A DNA stretch of 62,819 nucleotides from Rhynchobatus australiae (GCA_034780895.1 JAUZTB010000062.1:21161696-21224514), one strand, 5' to 3'; positions 1-13,199 are shown, counted from the stretch's first letter. Notes: generated by a model not told the origin, from the letters alone. Numbers and translations are program-made.

Positions 1-364
1 AGCTCTGCGAATGCCAGTCCTAAGCCTGTTACCAAAAGCTACATGAAAAAAAATCTGTTGGGTAATTGTGTGCTCCCTGACTGATGGCAGAGCTAAGACC
101 ACTACACGCTTTGTTTAGAATTCTGATCTGAAGCTTTGACTATAAATTGCTTTCATAGAGACAGTGTTTAAAAGATGTTGAGATTTTTCTAACATATCTC
201 CGTTATACTTGCACATTAAGACATCTTGGTCTAACTTCCAGAAAATACATTGAAAAAGCTACCTTTTCATATATACTTCAAGCACAGTGAGTTAAGTACT
301 AGATTCTTATAGGTAAACATATTTTTCTTAGCTCATTGCATGTCCTGAAAGCTTCACGCCTTAC

Positions 365-482
365 TACATTTCCTACATTACTGCAGTAACTACACTTCAT
401 AAGTTGATGGCAAAGAGCTTCGGACCACCTTTAAAGGTGACGTAAAAGATGCTATATAAATGCAAAAAAACTTTCTTCTTGC
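365..482 (+). mobile_element. Deu-SINE/L2-type 3' tail
   Basis: tttcctacattac...gtaactacacttca...gatgctatataaatgcaa..ctttcttctt. A similar tail lies at ~29750-29910. Confidence 0.55.
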
Positions 483-2789
483 TTTTCCTTGAGTGATGAA
501 ATTTTTGTAGACTGAATTCACTTGGTGTGACAAATGGCAAGGACTATGCTAAGAGGCAACATTTGGGGGATTATGTTTATAGCTGCCTGCGTCCTAAGAG
601 TATTTGAAGCTTGCAACACTCTCCCAGCCATAAAATGTATTAGGTAATATATCAGGCTGCTGTGGCCTGCGTGGTGGCACAGTGCCACTTGGCCACTCCA
701 TCACTCAATGAGACTGGAAGAAAATAGAAGACAGAAATTTAGTGCATTTGATAACCATTATTGAACATTTGATTGTCATAAATTTAAATGTGCATCTAAA
801 GATTTGTAATTAAAATTGCTTTTTGCAAATGCAAAATGAGACAAGTATTTGCTGAAGTACCTTCAAATATAAATCAGAGTTCCCATCATAAATCCCATCC
901 CACCCACATGCTCTCCCAACACATCCAACTGTGTCCCCCAATGATGCTAACACCTCGACCACTTAAATAATATTTCTTCAGCAGAGAGGTCAAAGCATTT
1001 TGAGAAATGTGGTGCTTCTTCTCCTATTCATGGAAGAGGAGAGGGAAAAAAATCAATGGAATACACAATATTTTATCCTATTAATTAGCCATACTGAATG
1101 GTACTTGTTCAGACAGAAGTAAATAAGGTGAGAGGACTATTATGATGAAAGCAATTGNNNNNNNNNNNNNNNNNNCTGTCTAACATGTAATCTTTCATAG
1201 CTTGGAAGTTTTACTTTATCCCCATAAATATGGTACTGCCATAAATGATGCATTGTGCCACCCTTAACTCTTTTACTACATTGTAATTATTGAAAAGCTC
1301 TTGTAGAGCACAAATAATTTCTTGACAAAATATTGAATTAATCTTGCCATCCGTTATTAAGCTGAATCTTTAAAATGCTTGGAAATTTTTAATGAATTCA
1401 AGAGGCTGCTGAAATGCATCCTCAACTCAAGCTCCTAATAGCAAGTCTCAATCTGACAAGGAAGAGATTCTTTATTAAAATCAAAATCTTAGGTGGTTTA
1501 AATTCCTGAATATGCCCTTTGTTAAATTGTTTTACCCAGTTCCCAATGGACTGGCTCACCGATGATCTAATGACTGAATCTCAGCCAGGCATTATTATTA
1601 GCGCAAGTTGTGACACATGAAATAAAAGCAAGCAGCATAATTGGGGGAATAATATTTAAGGTGTAAATTACGGCTGTGAACTTTTGAACACTTGGCTTCC
1701 ATTAGTGTTCTCTCAGCTGTCAAAATGAAAATTGTTGAAACTTAAAATAAAACTGAATGTTGGCTACCCAGCAAATCAGTCAGCATCTGAAATGTCTGTT
1801 AGTATTTCAAGTGGGATTCTCACCTGAAATGTTGACCTATCTTTTCCATACAGGTTGATCTTTTGCTTATTTATAGTTTCATTTTTAATTTCTGATTTCT
1901 CAGGTCCATAAGGTATGCTGTAGACAAGTGAAGTGAAACCCCACTTTTCTATTAATGAAATGTGACCTTGGTAAAGAGGGTCAACACTTATTGCAATAAA
2001 ATTGCTTTCCTTTTATGCTCAGCCTTACAACATGCTCACAGCTATTCTTTATCATAGAGTTTGACTCGAGTTCTTTCATTGGTATTGTATTTAGTGAAAC
2101 AATATTTATATGGTGACCATTCAGGATGTCACATGGTTGCACTGAAATTACTGAGGTTTTATTGTATACTCCATCAACTTGAAGATGGTGCATGGTGCAA
2201 TTTTAAAATAAAAATCTTTGCAATAATTATTGGATCCCAATACCTAAAATTTTCAGTCCCTGAAAAATGCCAGTTTCTACTTGATTAAACTTAAATTCAG
2301 TCTAATTTCTGGCACTAGAAGTATTCAGGAGTTTCTCTGATTTTCCTTGGTGGCTGTTGCTTATCTTAATCAAGCTAATTTTTCCTCTGATCATGGCTTC
2401 CATGTGGTTCAGGCTTGGAACAAATTGGAACTTTACTGAACATTGTCCACCATGTAGCGATCATTTAAATTGATGGGTGAGAAATGCAACATTATTCGTA
2501 TTCATCTCACTGGCAATACTCCTACCAGACGTTGAAAATTATCCTCTACATTCAGTTTCTCCCCTGCACTGAATAAAGAATTGCTTTAAAATGATACCGG
2601 TTTCTACATACTGTAGATTTTCCTTCAACGAGTTATTTCTTAAAGTATGTTAATGTAATTGGGGAAATATTTTCAATTTGATATTTTAAGTTACTGTATT
2701 GCAATTTTACCCAATTATGGTTAACTGCGACAGAGCCTCAGCAACATAGTAACTATCAACTGTAAGCATACATTTTAAGAAGGGAAGGA

Positions 2790-3170
2790 GCTGGTATTTC
2801 TATGCAATTTTCCACATCCTCAGGATATCACTAAGTACTTCACAGTCCCAATGAATTACTTTTTTGAGTATAATTGGTCATATTGTTATAGTAGCTAAAC
2901 ATGACAGCCAAAATGCATACACAAACACCAATCAAATGAACAATGAGAGAAAGTGTTTGTTGCAGGACAAGATTTGAATAAGGTGACTAACCTAGCTTTT
3001 TCAGATAGTATTAAGGAACATTTTATGCCTTTCTGAGGCAAGGCCAAGCAGGGCATCATTCTAATGTCTCATTGAAGAGACGACACCTCAAACAGTGCAG
3101 TAATACTTCAATATTGCACTGATGAAAATTTTGTCTGGATTATATTCTCAGGCGGGAATATGAACCGCTA
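2790..3170 (-). mobile_element. Deu-domain SINE, old
   Basis: cctcaggatatc..aagtacttcacag.ccaatgaa and taatgtctcattgaagagacgacacctc..acagtgcag. Confidence 0.6.
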
Positions 3171-5859
3171 ACTCAAAAGGCTATAAAGGTCCAAAGGAAA
3201 TGGTGGGATCCTACCATGTTCAGCCTTGGTTTTCATTGAAAGCCTTTATGAACATGCATCTAAATTTGTGATATCATGTGTTACATTTTCTATGCACCAA
3301 ATCAACGAAGGATTGTATAATAGCCTTTATCCCAAGTAAAAACTAGTGCAGGGCTCAGTTTGTAATCAGATATTTTGACAGCTTGGCAGGTGTTACTACC
3401 TTCACACTCAACCATGTTTTCTTAAGCTTATACTCAAGAGACTAAATTAAACTGGACTTTACCTCCAATTTTCACTTCTATTTTTGCCAAAAACTGATAT
3501 TTCTAATTGTTGGTGAATGCCAATATGAATAATATTCTAGATGGAGTTACAAAAATGCACCCGAGAGAAATCTGGTGTGATCCACCCACACATTGCCCAA
3601 ACTAAAATAGAAATGCTGTCAAAGGGAAAAGATTTAAGTCTGAAAATTAGATTACAGAATAACAAATGGCTTCATGCAAAAGTTGTTCTTTGAACTGAAA
3701 CTCACCTGCAATGGTGTGAAACCGAAGTCACATACAGGTCAAGAATTCAGAGACCTTTCTTTCCCCTTAGTGCCACATGTGCGAAAATGGATTTAGCCCA
3801 AAGTGAATCACTTTTCCGACTATTTCCAGATCAAAGTATGCCAACTGTGAAATTTGATTGGATTGATGCTGGTTTCCTGAGCCTAGCTCAGGNNNNNNNN
3901 NNNNNNNNNNNNNNNNNNNNNNNNNNNNNNNNNNNNNNNNNNNNNNNNNNNNNNNNNNNNNNNNNNNNNNNNNNNNNNNNNNNNNNNNNNNNGAAGAATA
4001 CTTAGCAGCATAGTTTTGAGCCACAAACATACCACACCTGGTCACTTGAATCCAATGCATCGATCTCCATTCACAAGTGAATTCTGATACTGTGGACACT
4101 GACCAGTATGATTGTTGGTCCACCAGATTAGTCCTATTTCAAAGTCTACTTTAAGGTATATTGGAATTTTTTAGGCTAGCAAATACCTCTCTTTAAAATA
4201 CAAGTTGACCACTTGGGTTTGTATTACAATTTTATCATCTATTTGTCATTACTGCCAGCTTCTTATTCCCAGACTTAATTTCTCAAGGGCATGAGCAAGA
4301 TTAGAATTAAGATTTAATATATTATTTCATGAAATGTTCTTAGTTTCNNNNNNNNNNTCTTGTTACACTTCCAGTAGATGCCTAATGAAATTTTCACTGA
4401 AAAATGACAACGGCCCAGTTTTCCCAAGCCTCTTCCATTTTGCAAAGATTTTAATCCTTGTTACGTAAGTGATGGTGTTTTCTCCTACCCCATTCAGGCA
4501 CATTGTTCAGGGGCATGAAGGTAGGGACTCCCTTTGCCAACTCCAGAGTGAACTGAAATTTGATTGATTTTGCAGGTGAACATTAAATGCACAATATGAT
4601 GCACAAGTCCTTAGCATGGTTAGTGGTGTTTGAGGAACTGAGTTGAGCCCTTGCTGGGCCCACGCTTGCCCTGAGCCAACAATTCAGCCAGGTTCTGTCA
4701 TATATTTGACTGTGCTGAGTTAGTTCATGCCTTAGCTTCCAATAGGATGAAAATGGGCTTTGGGTTTGAACATGGTGATATTCAGACCAGGGAAATCATT
4801 TGGACTGGTGATTTATTTTTCTATGTTAAAAGCACATCATCTCGTGCATATGGCAGTGGAAATTGTGAGAAGTCCTGATTTGATGTCCCAATCAAGGGTC
4901 ACTGGGCAACTCAAGTTCAATGCCATCTGGATGTGGAAATTCTGGCTAAATAGGGGTAGAGATTCACCTGGAGCTGCACTATTACCTGGCTTCATCATGT
5001 AAAAGATACAAGATCCCACCAACCCAATCAGCTGAGGGGGCCAGAAGACAAAAACCTCAGTGTAACTGTCAAAATAGTACCTGATAAAAATATGGAGCCT
5101 TTAGCTTTCAAGTTCCACACTTTCCTCATGGAGTTAAATGCAACAAGAATGTAGAGTGATTAAGCTTGAATAATGGAGTTTGCTTCAAATATGTACTAAA
5201 TATGAATGCACAGGAAAACAAATCTTGATAGGAATTTGTTAATTAGCTGCTGAAATCANNNNNNNNNNNNNNTGCACCATCCCTCATGGGAGAATAAATT
5301 TGAAATGTTAGGTAATTGTTTCTGGTCAGCCATGGTGTTAAGTTTCCAAAATAAACTCACATCGTCCAAGGATCAGTACAATGTGACAGTTGTGAGTAAT
5401 AATCCCACTGATCACTGCTCTAAAACACAGAGACCGAAACTGCACTCTTGCTGCAGCCTTCACTGTTTATAAAGTACATGAAATATTGCAAAACATTTTT
5501 TAAATGACTGCTTTTCATAAATACAGGTCACATAAATAAATAGTGATTGCCCACTTCCACAAAATACTCCACAGAAGTATTGCCCCACATAAAACCTCAC
5601 ACTTTAGTGAACAATACAACATAATATTACCACTGAGCACATTTGAACTTTGGCCCAGTTACAACAAAAAAAAATCAATGGGAGCTTTTTAATTTATGAA
5701 GAAAAAATATATAAATCTATGCAATGTATCAAATATATGAATGCTCATCAAAGTAAGTAAGATTGATTTGAATTTAAGATTAATTAGTTAATGCTATGAC
5801 CCACACACTTGAAGAAATTGTGCACAGTAATGAACTCCTTTTATATTTATCCATCTGAT

Positions 5860-5980
5860 GTAGTTGTAGTACTTCCTCAGGGTTGAAGATGACTTGGTTC
5901 TGCTCCAGCTCTGTGGGTTCTGATGTGACTAGGGAGTCCAATGTGAGATCCACAGATATTGCTATGGGTTGAGGAGGGGT
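5860..5980 (-). mobile_element. RTE-clade LINE 3' end, decayed
   Basis: gatgacttggtt...tgtgggttctgatgtgact..gagtccaatgtgagatccacaga aligns to 30290-30375. Confidence 0.65.
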
Positions 5981-6293
5981 GGAAGGATAATGGGATCACT
6001 TAGCTCTCACTATGGCATGGCTCCAATAAAGTAAATGAAGATCCTAGTTCAAGTAGGTACAGTATTTGCATTTGATGCAGGGCTAAACAAGATATAGGCA
6101 CTTGTGGATGCACAGTTATTGAAATACTGCCTGAATCATTCAGATTGTAGTGATGAAAACTGGCTGGAGAGGGCTGCCATCATGGCCCTACCTTGACGTA
6201 CATTTTCAACTTCTAATCCCACTAAATAAGATTGCGAGTACCACTTCATAAGTAAATGGAAGAGCTGAAGGACTTAGTCATCAACTTAAATTC

Positions 6294-6342
6294 TTTGCCT
6301 TCAACCATTATTGTGAGGCCTCCCCAGCCATGTGGAACTGTA
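6294..6342 (+). other. Short primate THE1/MaLR LTR-like sequence abutting an N run (probable human contamination)
   Basis: tgccttcaaccattattgtgaggcctccccagccatgtggaactgta closely matches the THE1 LTR 3' motif ...ccatgattgtgaggcctccccagccatgtggaactgt as I recall it. Confidence 0.75.
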
Positions 6343-6961
6343 NNNNNNNNNNTTGATCAAGCCACAGTCCGTCCACCAAAGGAGAGGTGCTGTAGACCAG
6401 AAGGCAATCTATAAAGGAGTACCGAGTCCTTTTTCAAGGTAAGGTTTTGTGGTGAGAACCCCTCCCCCTTCTCTTCAAATACGAGTTTTAAGCCTCTGCT
6501 CCATATCTACTATTTTGTTGGTAAAGAACATACCCTGGTTGCCTATCCTTGGTATTGGTGGGTTGGGCCAGTGGCTGCAATTCTTTTGTGAGTATGCTAT
6601 GCAGAGAAACAGTTCAAAGGTTGGGTTGGGCCAGTATGCAGTCTCCACTCCCATACTTTTCCATTGGTTGTAGTATGCCAAATTTAAGCTGATTTTATTA
6701 CCACTCAAAGATAGCTTAAAATGCTGTACTCTTGCAGTAGGTGTGTCAGAAATCAATGCTTGGGGCAGAACAAAATTCATCATACCCAATTCCTCCATTC
6801 CAAGCCATACTGTTAACCATAAAAGATTCAGCCATTGCAGCTGAATTCCAAGGTCTGCTGACTGCTAGTTGGATGCTCAATGAATTGAGTTTACTTCAAT
6901 AAATGCAGCAAATCACAAAAGCAGATTACTCCCAGAGCAAAACTTCTGTGAAATAGAAAAT

Positions 6962-7390
6962 GAAAAGAAAGACTTGCACTTAAATACTGCCCTTCCAGTC
7001 TTTTTCTGGGGCATCTCAAAGCAATTAACAATTAAAGTACATTTGGGACCATATCCGAAAAGTAAATGTCGATTTGTGCATAGCAAGGGCCCATAAAAGG
7101 GAAATTAGACAATGTCCAGATAATCCCTTTTAAGTAAAACTGACTGAGGGATAGATATTGGCCAGCTCATTAGTGGTCATATCCTGCATTTTGTTTTGCA
7201 AAAGTCCAATAAAATCTTTTACATTCATCCTATAGAACAGGCAGATTTTAATATCTCATGTCAGTGTCAGCACTTCAGACAGTAAGCCCTTCACACTGCA
7301 CTGGAGCATCAGCCTATATTTTTACCTTCAGGTCTCCAGTGTGAAATATGAGAGACAAAAATGTTACCAACTGAGCTGCAGTTGACACTG
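6962..7390 (-). mobile_element. Deu-domain SINE, old
   Basis: aaagaaagacttgcacttaaatac tail, cagcacttcagacagt...actgcactggagcatcagcctatattt and ttaccaactgagc. Confidence 0.7.
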
Positions 7391-7759
7391 CTGGCTTTTA
7401 TTGCTGGTAAAACTCGGACAATGACTACATTAGGATATTTATTGTGTATGTGTCAGAAGATCTTAGATCTAAATCTCTAGATTGCAAGAATCCAGGGGAT
7501 TAAATTTATTAATATCTGCAAGCATTGATTTAAGGATTTTGTACAGTCATCAGAAGAGCAGCTGGTTTACTTCCACCAGTGCGGCACATCTCCAATCCCT
7601 GCCTGCAGTTGTAAAATCATTCACTTCCTCCACAGAGCAGTACCTGGCTTTTCCTTCATGCCAGGACTTCACCATGAGCTGCAGGCTCCTCGTTTTTCTC
7701 TTTATCATTGCTACAGGGCTCCCAAGCTGCTCTCTCTGCAGTCTGCATAGACAGCCTTT

Positions 7760-8090
7760 GATCATACAAGCTTAGAGCAGAAGTATGTCACTCAGCCTTT
7801 CAAGCCTGTTCTGCCATTCAAGAAGGAGTACTTGTAACCTTTTCTCTGCTTTCCCGTCTACCTGTGCTAACCAGTCAATGCCTTGCTCATTCGGTATCTA
7901 ACTACCTCTAACTTTAAAATATTCAAAGATGCTGCTTCCACCACTCTTTGGGAAAAACTCAGAAAAAACAAATCTCTTCAGCTCTGTCTTAATTGGGTGA
8001 CCCCTTGTTTTGAAAAAGTTGCTCCGAGTTCAAGATTCTCCCACAAGGGAAGCATCATCCTCTCTATATACATCCTGTCAAGGATCTTAT
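7760..8090 (-). mobile_element. CR1 LINE 3' end fragment, old
   Basis: tcagcctttcaagcctgttctgccattcaa...gcttccaccactctttggga is similar to 15200-15535. Confidence 0.6.
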
Positions 8091-11000
8091 CCCTTTCTCT
8101 GGTGGTTGCACCCTATGAAATGTTGACTGAAGGACAAGAAAAACCAAGACCCACTACACCCTATTCTGTCTGAGCCTTTCTAATATGCACCATCCTTTAT
8201 AACGATCATACCTTTCTTGTTGCAGACTTATCAAACAATGATAAATGGTTAAAATGCCAAGTACTTAGTAAAAGGACATGGTACTCTTTTTATCCTGATC
8301 CATATCTGGGATATCGATCCAGGAGAAATCATTGCAGCAGCACAGTTGTTCAGCTGTTTGATTAGACAATTTGGGATGGTCAGTAAAGGCCAGAATCTTG
8401 CCAGCAACATCTGCATCTCAAGAAAGAATGAAAAAAGCTATGTGACTTTTTTAAGTAGGATGCTATTGGATCTGTGCATAATCTTATAATCTCTCATCAT
8501 TGGCATTAATCTAAAATTTACATAGCAGAGTTGTTTATGGTTAAATAAATCATAGCCACTATTCCTTAGCATTGCCATTCCAGCCATTGGCATTCTCCTA
8601 TTGCAACTGGTTCCTTTCCTAGACTAAACCAAACACATTGTGAGCTGCCTCTAATTAGGCTAAGTAGTTCAGTTGAGAAGCCCTAATTCTTGCTAAGATT
8701 TTCAAAGTCCAGCCAAATGTATTGGATTTTCTTCAATCCCATTATGCTTTCTAAAGTACATAGAAAAAAAATGGGAGACACTCATTGAAAGTTAATGCAA
8801 CTTCATTTACATAATTTCTTGCTAGAATGTAGCTCATCGTGAATTGGAAAGTAATGTTTTGTTGGATTTTAGCTCTAATATATTCTACTCCCTCCCTCAT
8901 TATAACCATACTCACATCTTGCCCAAGACACTGCTTTCACTTTTTCTCTGGAAGGAAAATAAGGGTTTCCTTCCAGCATGCATTAGGGCTCTAAACACCA
9001 CCTCTTCTTCCACACCAGCAAATGCATCCAGACAGACAAAGATCTATCCAAAAGCCTCGACCATGAAAAGGCTATTCTGTGGCTTCCTGTGGAAACCACA
9101 CTGATTCTTATCCTCACATGGCAACCACCAGGCAGGACTTTGATGGCAGGAGAGCGACCCGATGTGTTTCTGATAAACAACCATAAACAGTCATTCATAT
9201 CCCTGGTGGGTCTGAAAGCCTGGCTGCTTGTGCTTTCAGGGAGTTAATGACATGCTTCTCTCCATACCATTGTTTTGTGAGTTTTATCTGATTCTGTTCA
9301 TACCATAAAGGAGGTACATTAATGACAGCCAAAGAGAGAAAATGTTTAGACATCAGTACCATAAATGGTCAGTTGGACATGCGCACATATCACAGAAGTC
9401 CCATAACTGAGACCCAAGATCAGCAGGTGACTCATTTACTTCTCCTTTCTCACATAATAAAACTATCAAATCCATCATCTTGTTGGAGTCTTTCTGCCTT
9501 GTTGACTTTATCTCAGGAGCTAGATTCTGATATCTATCCATTGCTATTTTTATGTTAAACATTTAAAGATCCCACATTAGTATTTGTTTAAACTTCATGT
9601 TAAATCCTGAGTACATGGAGGAGGTGACCTATGAATGATGAGGCAATCTCCTTCCAATAATAAAACAGAAACAAAATTGCCTGGTCATGGAGTTGCATTC
9701 TTCATCTTATGCCAAGTTATTCATGTAAAGATAACACGATCATAATGCACTTTCTTATTTACTGCTGCTTAAATAGCCTTTGCCGATAAGCTGGTGATAC
9801 CGTAGGCTCTGGTATATTTGTACCTACATTGTTTAATGAATCAACTCTCATGGCCCTTTCTGTTAGCCCAGTAGTACAGCTGCTAAGATAGGCCTTCAGT
9901 TGCTATTTTAAGACAGAATAGCCAGACCCTTCCACCCCGATGTGTGTTTGTGATCAACCTGCTTACACATTAGTCTGGTAACCTGGGGAATTAACTAACC
10001 GTAGCCGAGCTTTTCACTTTTTGGAAGTGATCAGGAACAATTAACAGGGGACATTGTACTTATTTTTAAACTGGCTATTGTCAACCTAATGCAAAACAGA
10101 GTTATTGATACCATCAGGGAAAAGTTCATGGCTTTCTGGTCTTTCACCTGAAGAAAGTGATGTGGAAGAAAACAGGAATATAATCAGAGAAGATAACTTT
10201 TTAATAAAAAAAGCAATAAACCCATCCCTCCATACTCTTATAAACAATGCATAAAATCTGCTATGAAGTTCTATCAAGATTTGTGTTCAAAGAAAAATGA
10301 ATCTATTCCACACACCAAGGCTTTCTCACTCTTAAAGGAATCCAGAAGAAGATATTGCTAATTGCTTTAGCCAAAATAAAATCATCTATTTCTTTTAAAA
10401 AAAAGTTAGTTCAGCATTTTTCTGGTTAACTTTGGCACTCTTAAGAAAAAAGCAGTATAGATGAAACATCTCACTGTACATAATTAAACCAACATTAGTC
10501 TCAAATTAACGATACAGGCATTGGTCCAAACAAAACACCATGAAATCACTCACCTCTTGTTACATAAATATGAGTATTAAGTGAAAAGGCCTACAGGAGA
10601 CCTATATTACAAATTGCAGTCGAAATTGTGGCTGTAGGTTCCCATATATGTTCTTGATCTCAGTATTACTATCAAGCATAGTGGCAATATTACAGGGAAA
10701 TAAAAATGATGCATGGCTTTCTTAGGCCCATCTCCAGGATGTACAGAGCATTCAAAAACAATTTATATACAAATTTTAGAACCAGTTCCGTGTCCTCTTT
10801 GGGAAATAGTAGACAGCAATGGAAGATTTTTCCCCCACTGAGTATCGAAAAAGACACACAGGTACAAATTAAAACATAATGTTTTGTCTTTATACTCCTA
10901 TTCATGAACATTAATGACTGTACTGGTGTGCCAGAGTCAGGAAGACAGACCAGGCATGGGTGAAGGAACCTTCAAATCATTTGGAGTCAAGNNNNNNNNN

Positions 11001-11237
11001 NNNNNNNNNNNNNNNNNNNNNNNNNNNNNNNNNNNTGAAGCAACAAGGAATTCAGGACAGAAGGAAATTAATAGATGGAGAAAAATATATACACACATAC
11101 ATATAAACTTTATAAATATGCAGTCCAGCTTACCTAGCATCAGTAAGTGCAATATAATCCATGTAGTTTGCAACCTATTAACTACATAGGTATAGAAAGA
11201 AATCCACAGCAACAGAAAAGTCTGAACTGAACCTTAG

Positions 11238-11380
11238 AAACACAAGAGACTGAAGATGCTGGAACCTGGAGCAAAAAACAAAATGCTGGAGGAACTGAGC
11301 AGGTCAGGTAGCGCCTGTGAAGGGAAATAGACAGTTGACGTTTTGGGTCTTGTGTGTCTACTTGAAACATTGACTGTTCA
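11238..11380 (+). repeat. Common elasmobranch interspersed repeat (probably Penelope-derived end)
   Basis: gatgctggaacctggagcaaaaaacaaatgctggaggaactgagcaggtcagg..gacagttgacgttttgggtc. Related decayed copies lie near 1730-1900, 27200-27460 and 28150-28285. Confidence 0.5.
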
Positions 11381-11499
11381 AGACTGAAATTTTAAAAATA
11401 AATTAAAAGTAACAGGACAACTATTCCAATACTTTATGCACAAAAAATAAAACTGTATAAAGTAATTATGAAATAAAATGTTTATCAAAAGAAGGTGCT

Positions 11500-11843
11500 A
11501 TGACTGGCAAGTGAGTTAATCCTGCGGTATCACACTTGCCTCTAAATCAGCCAACTATTTCAGGTAGAAGTCATCTATCCACATTATTCTCTTGGTGCAT
11601 TTATAATCATCTGAATTTCCATTTGTTGACAAGGTCAAATAATCTAGGCTGACACTTCAGTATTATATTAAGGGAGTGCTGCACTGCAAGATGTGCTCTC
11701 TTTAATATTAGACCTTGCTCAAGATGGCACCTGACGTCACAGTTAGAAATAGTTCATAAACAGTCAGAAACAGTGTTCTGGCAAACATTCATCTCTTAAT
11801 CAGTACCACTGAAAGAAATTGCTCATTTATCTCACTGTTGTTT
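11500..11843 (+). mobile_element. Deu-domain SINE (SacSINE1/AmnSINE1-like), old
   Basis: ctaggctgacacttcagt...agggagtgctgcactg and gtgttctggcaaacattcatctcttaa...tcatttatctcactgttgtttg. Confidence 0.65.
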
Positions 11844-11845
11844 GA

Positions 11846-12210
11846 AGAAAGAAAGACAAACAATAGTGTCTTTCCCAGCTTCAGATTGCCTAAAGCACTT
11901 TGAACCCTTTTTGAAGTGTAGTTACCACTGTACTATAAGAATCGCAGCAGCCAGATGATTTGTTTGTGTGAGGGTTAAATGTTGGTCAGGATACTGTTTA
12001 TAACTCCCATGCTCTTCTTCTTACTGGTATATGATTTTAGAAAATCCAATTGAGGCAGCACTTTCAATAGAAATTAGTGCCTTCAACTGTGCAGGACTAT
12101 TACACTGGAGTGTCAGCCTAGATTTTTGTGCTCAAGTCTAGAGCTGTACTTGATACTACAAACTTCTTTGTTCCAGGCCAAAATTCTATCAACTGAGCTG
12201 AAGCTGACAC
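11846..12210 (-). mobile_element. Deu-domain SINE, old, tail-to-tail with the 11500 copy
   Basis: aagaaagaaagac tail, aaagcacttt, ttttgaagtgtagt and acactggagtgtcagcctagatttttgtgctcaagtct. Confidence 0.7.
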
Positions 12211-13199
12211 AAGGGGCCATGCTGCACTCAAAAGGTGGCTGCTGCTTTACACACCATTATGGTACTGGCTGCTAAGGGCTTTGACTATCCCGAGTTGAAA
12301 GCTGCTTTAGAAATGCAAGTTCCTTCTCTCTGTTTCACTTCCAAATGTAATGCTGCAAAACATCAAATGATGGCAAAGATCAATTCAAGTATGATTAGAC
12401 TCTACATGACCAATAACCTAATCAGGACCTTCTGTCCCTGAATTCTTGTTGCTTCGGTAGACTTCCACTAAAGTCAGTTAAATGTCCTNNNNNNNNNNNN
12501 NNNNCTCCAAATGATTTTAGGGTTATTTCAACCATGCCTGGTCTGTCTTCCTGACACTGAACAAAATTATTATACATAGGGATTAAAAGGGGTCTAATTA
12601 ATTGAGAAATACTGGTAAAATTACATTGTATGCAGAGATGCATGCCTCAGTTTGGACTTTTGACTGTTTTGTCTTAAGCAATGACTGTGATGCTGGGGAA
12701 TACCAGGCCTAAATGAAAAATAAAAATGTACTAAAGCTCATAAAAGTTAAAGACTATTTTTTTTAAAGGAAAGTGGTGATCTGATGAAGAACTCAATTGG
12801 GGGAGCTATTCATAAAATTCACAGAGGCCTCACCTTCCACCTTGAAGAGATTAATTGCTAGTCACCTCCAGTCTGAGGAACAACAGGCACACTATTCTTC
12901 TTTTACCAGGAACGTCAGGTTGGATATACCAACAGAAGGATAAACCACAGTCAAGGTAACACTAGAAAAGCTATGTGGATTTCTGAATTCACCACAATCA
13001 GAAAAGTATTATGTTGGGCAACTGCAAAAGCAAATATAATAATTTCAAAGTTCCCAAATGCAGGATCCAAAATGATGGCCACAGGCTACATAAGATCATT
13101 TGTATGGTTTATGAAGTTATTTGTCTCCAGTCCTCCTTAAGGAAGCTATAACTCTCTTTCCAATCTTTTTAGAGGTGAAGTCTCATCTTTATATGAAAG

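Larger units (their letters stand above)
10932..12559. repeat. Inverted repeat pair, arms 10932-11064 and 12428-12559 (~132 bp)
   Basis: cagagtcaggaagacagaccaggcatgggtgaa..aaatcatttggag..gaagcaacaaggaattcaggacagaagg matches the reverse complement of 12428-12559. Confidence 0.9.

Noticed and set aside
1613-1627. 15-mer ACACATGAAATAAAA repeated at 15847-15861
   Set aside because: An AT-rich 15-mer match is expected by chance in 60 kb.
7550-7765. Possible further Myb/SANT Harbinger remnant on the minus strand; similar weak signals at 58840-59330 and 51260-51870
   Set aside because: Similarity is too weak to support by eye.
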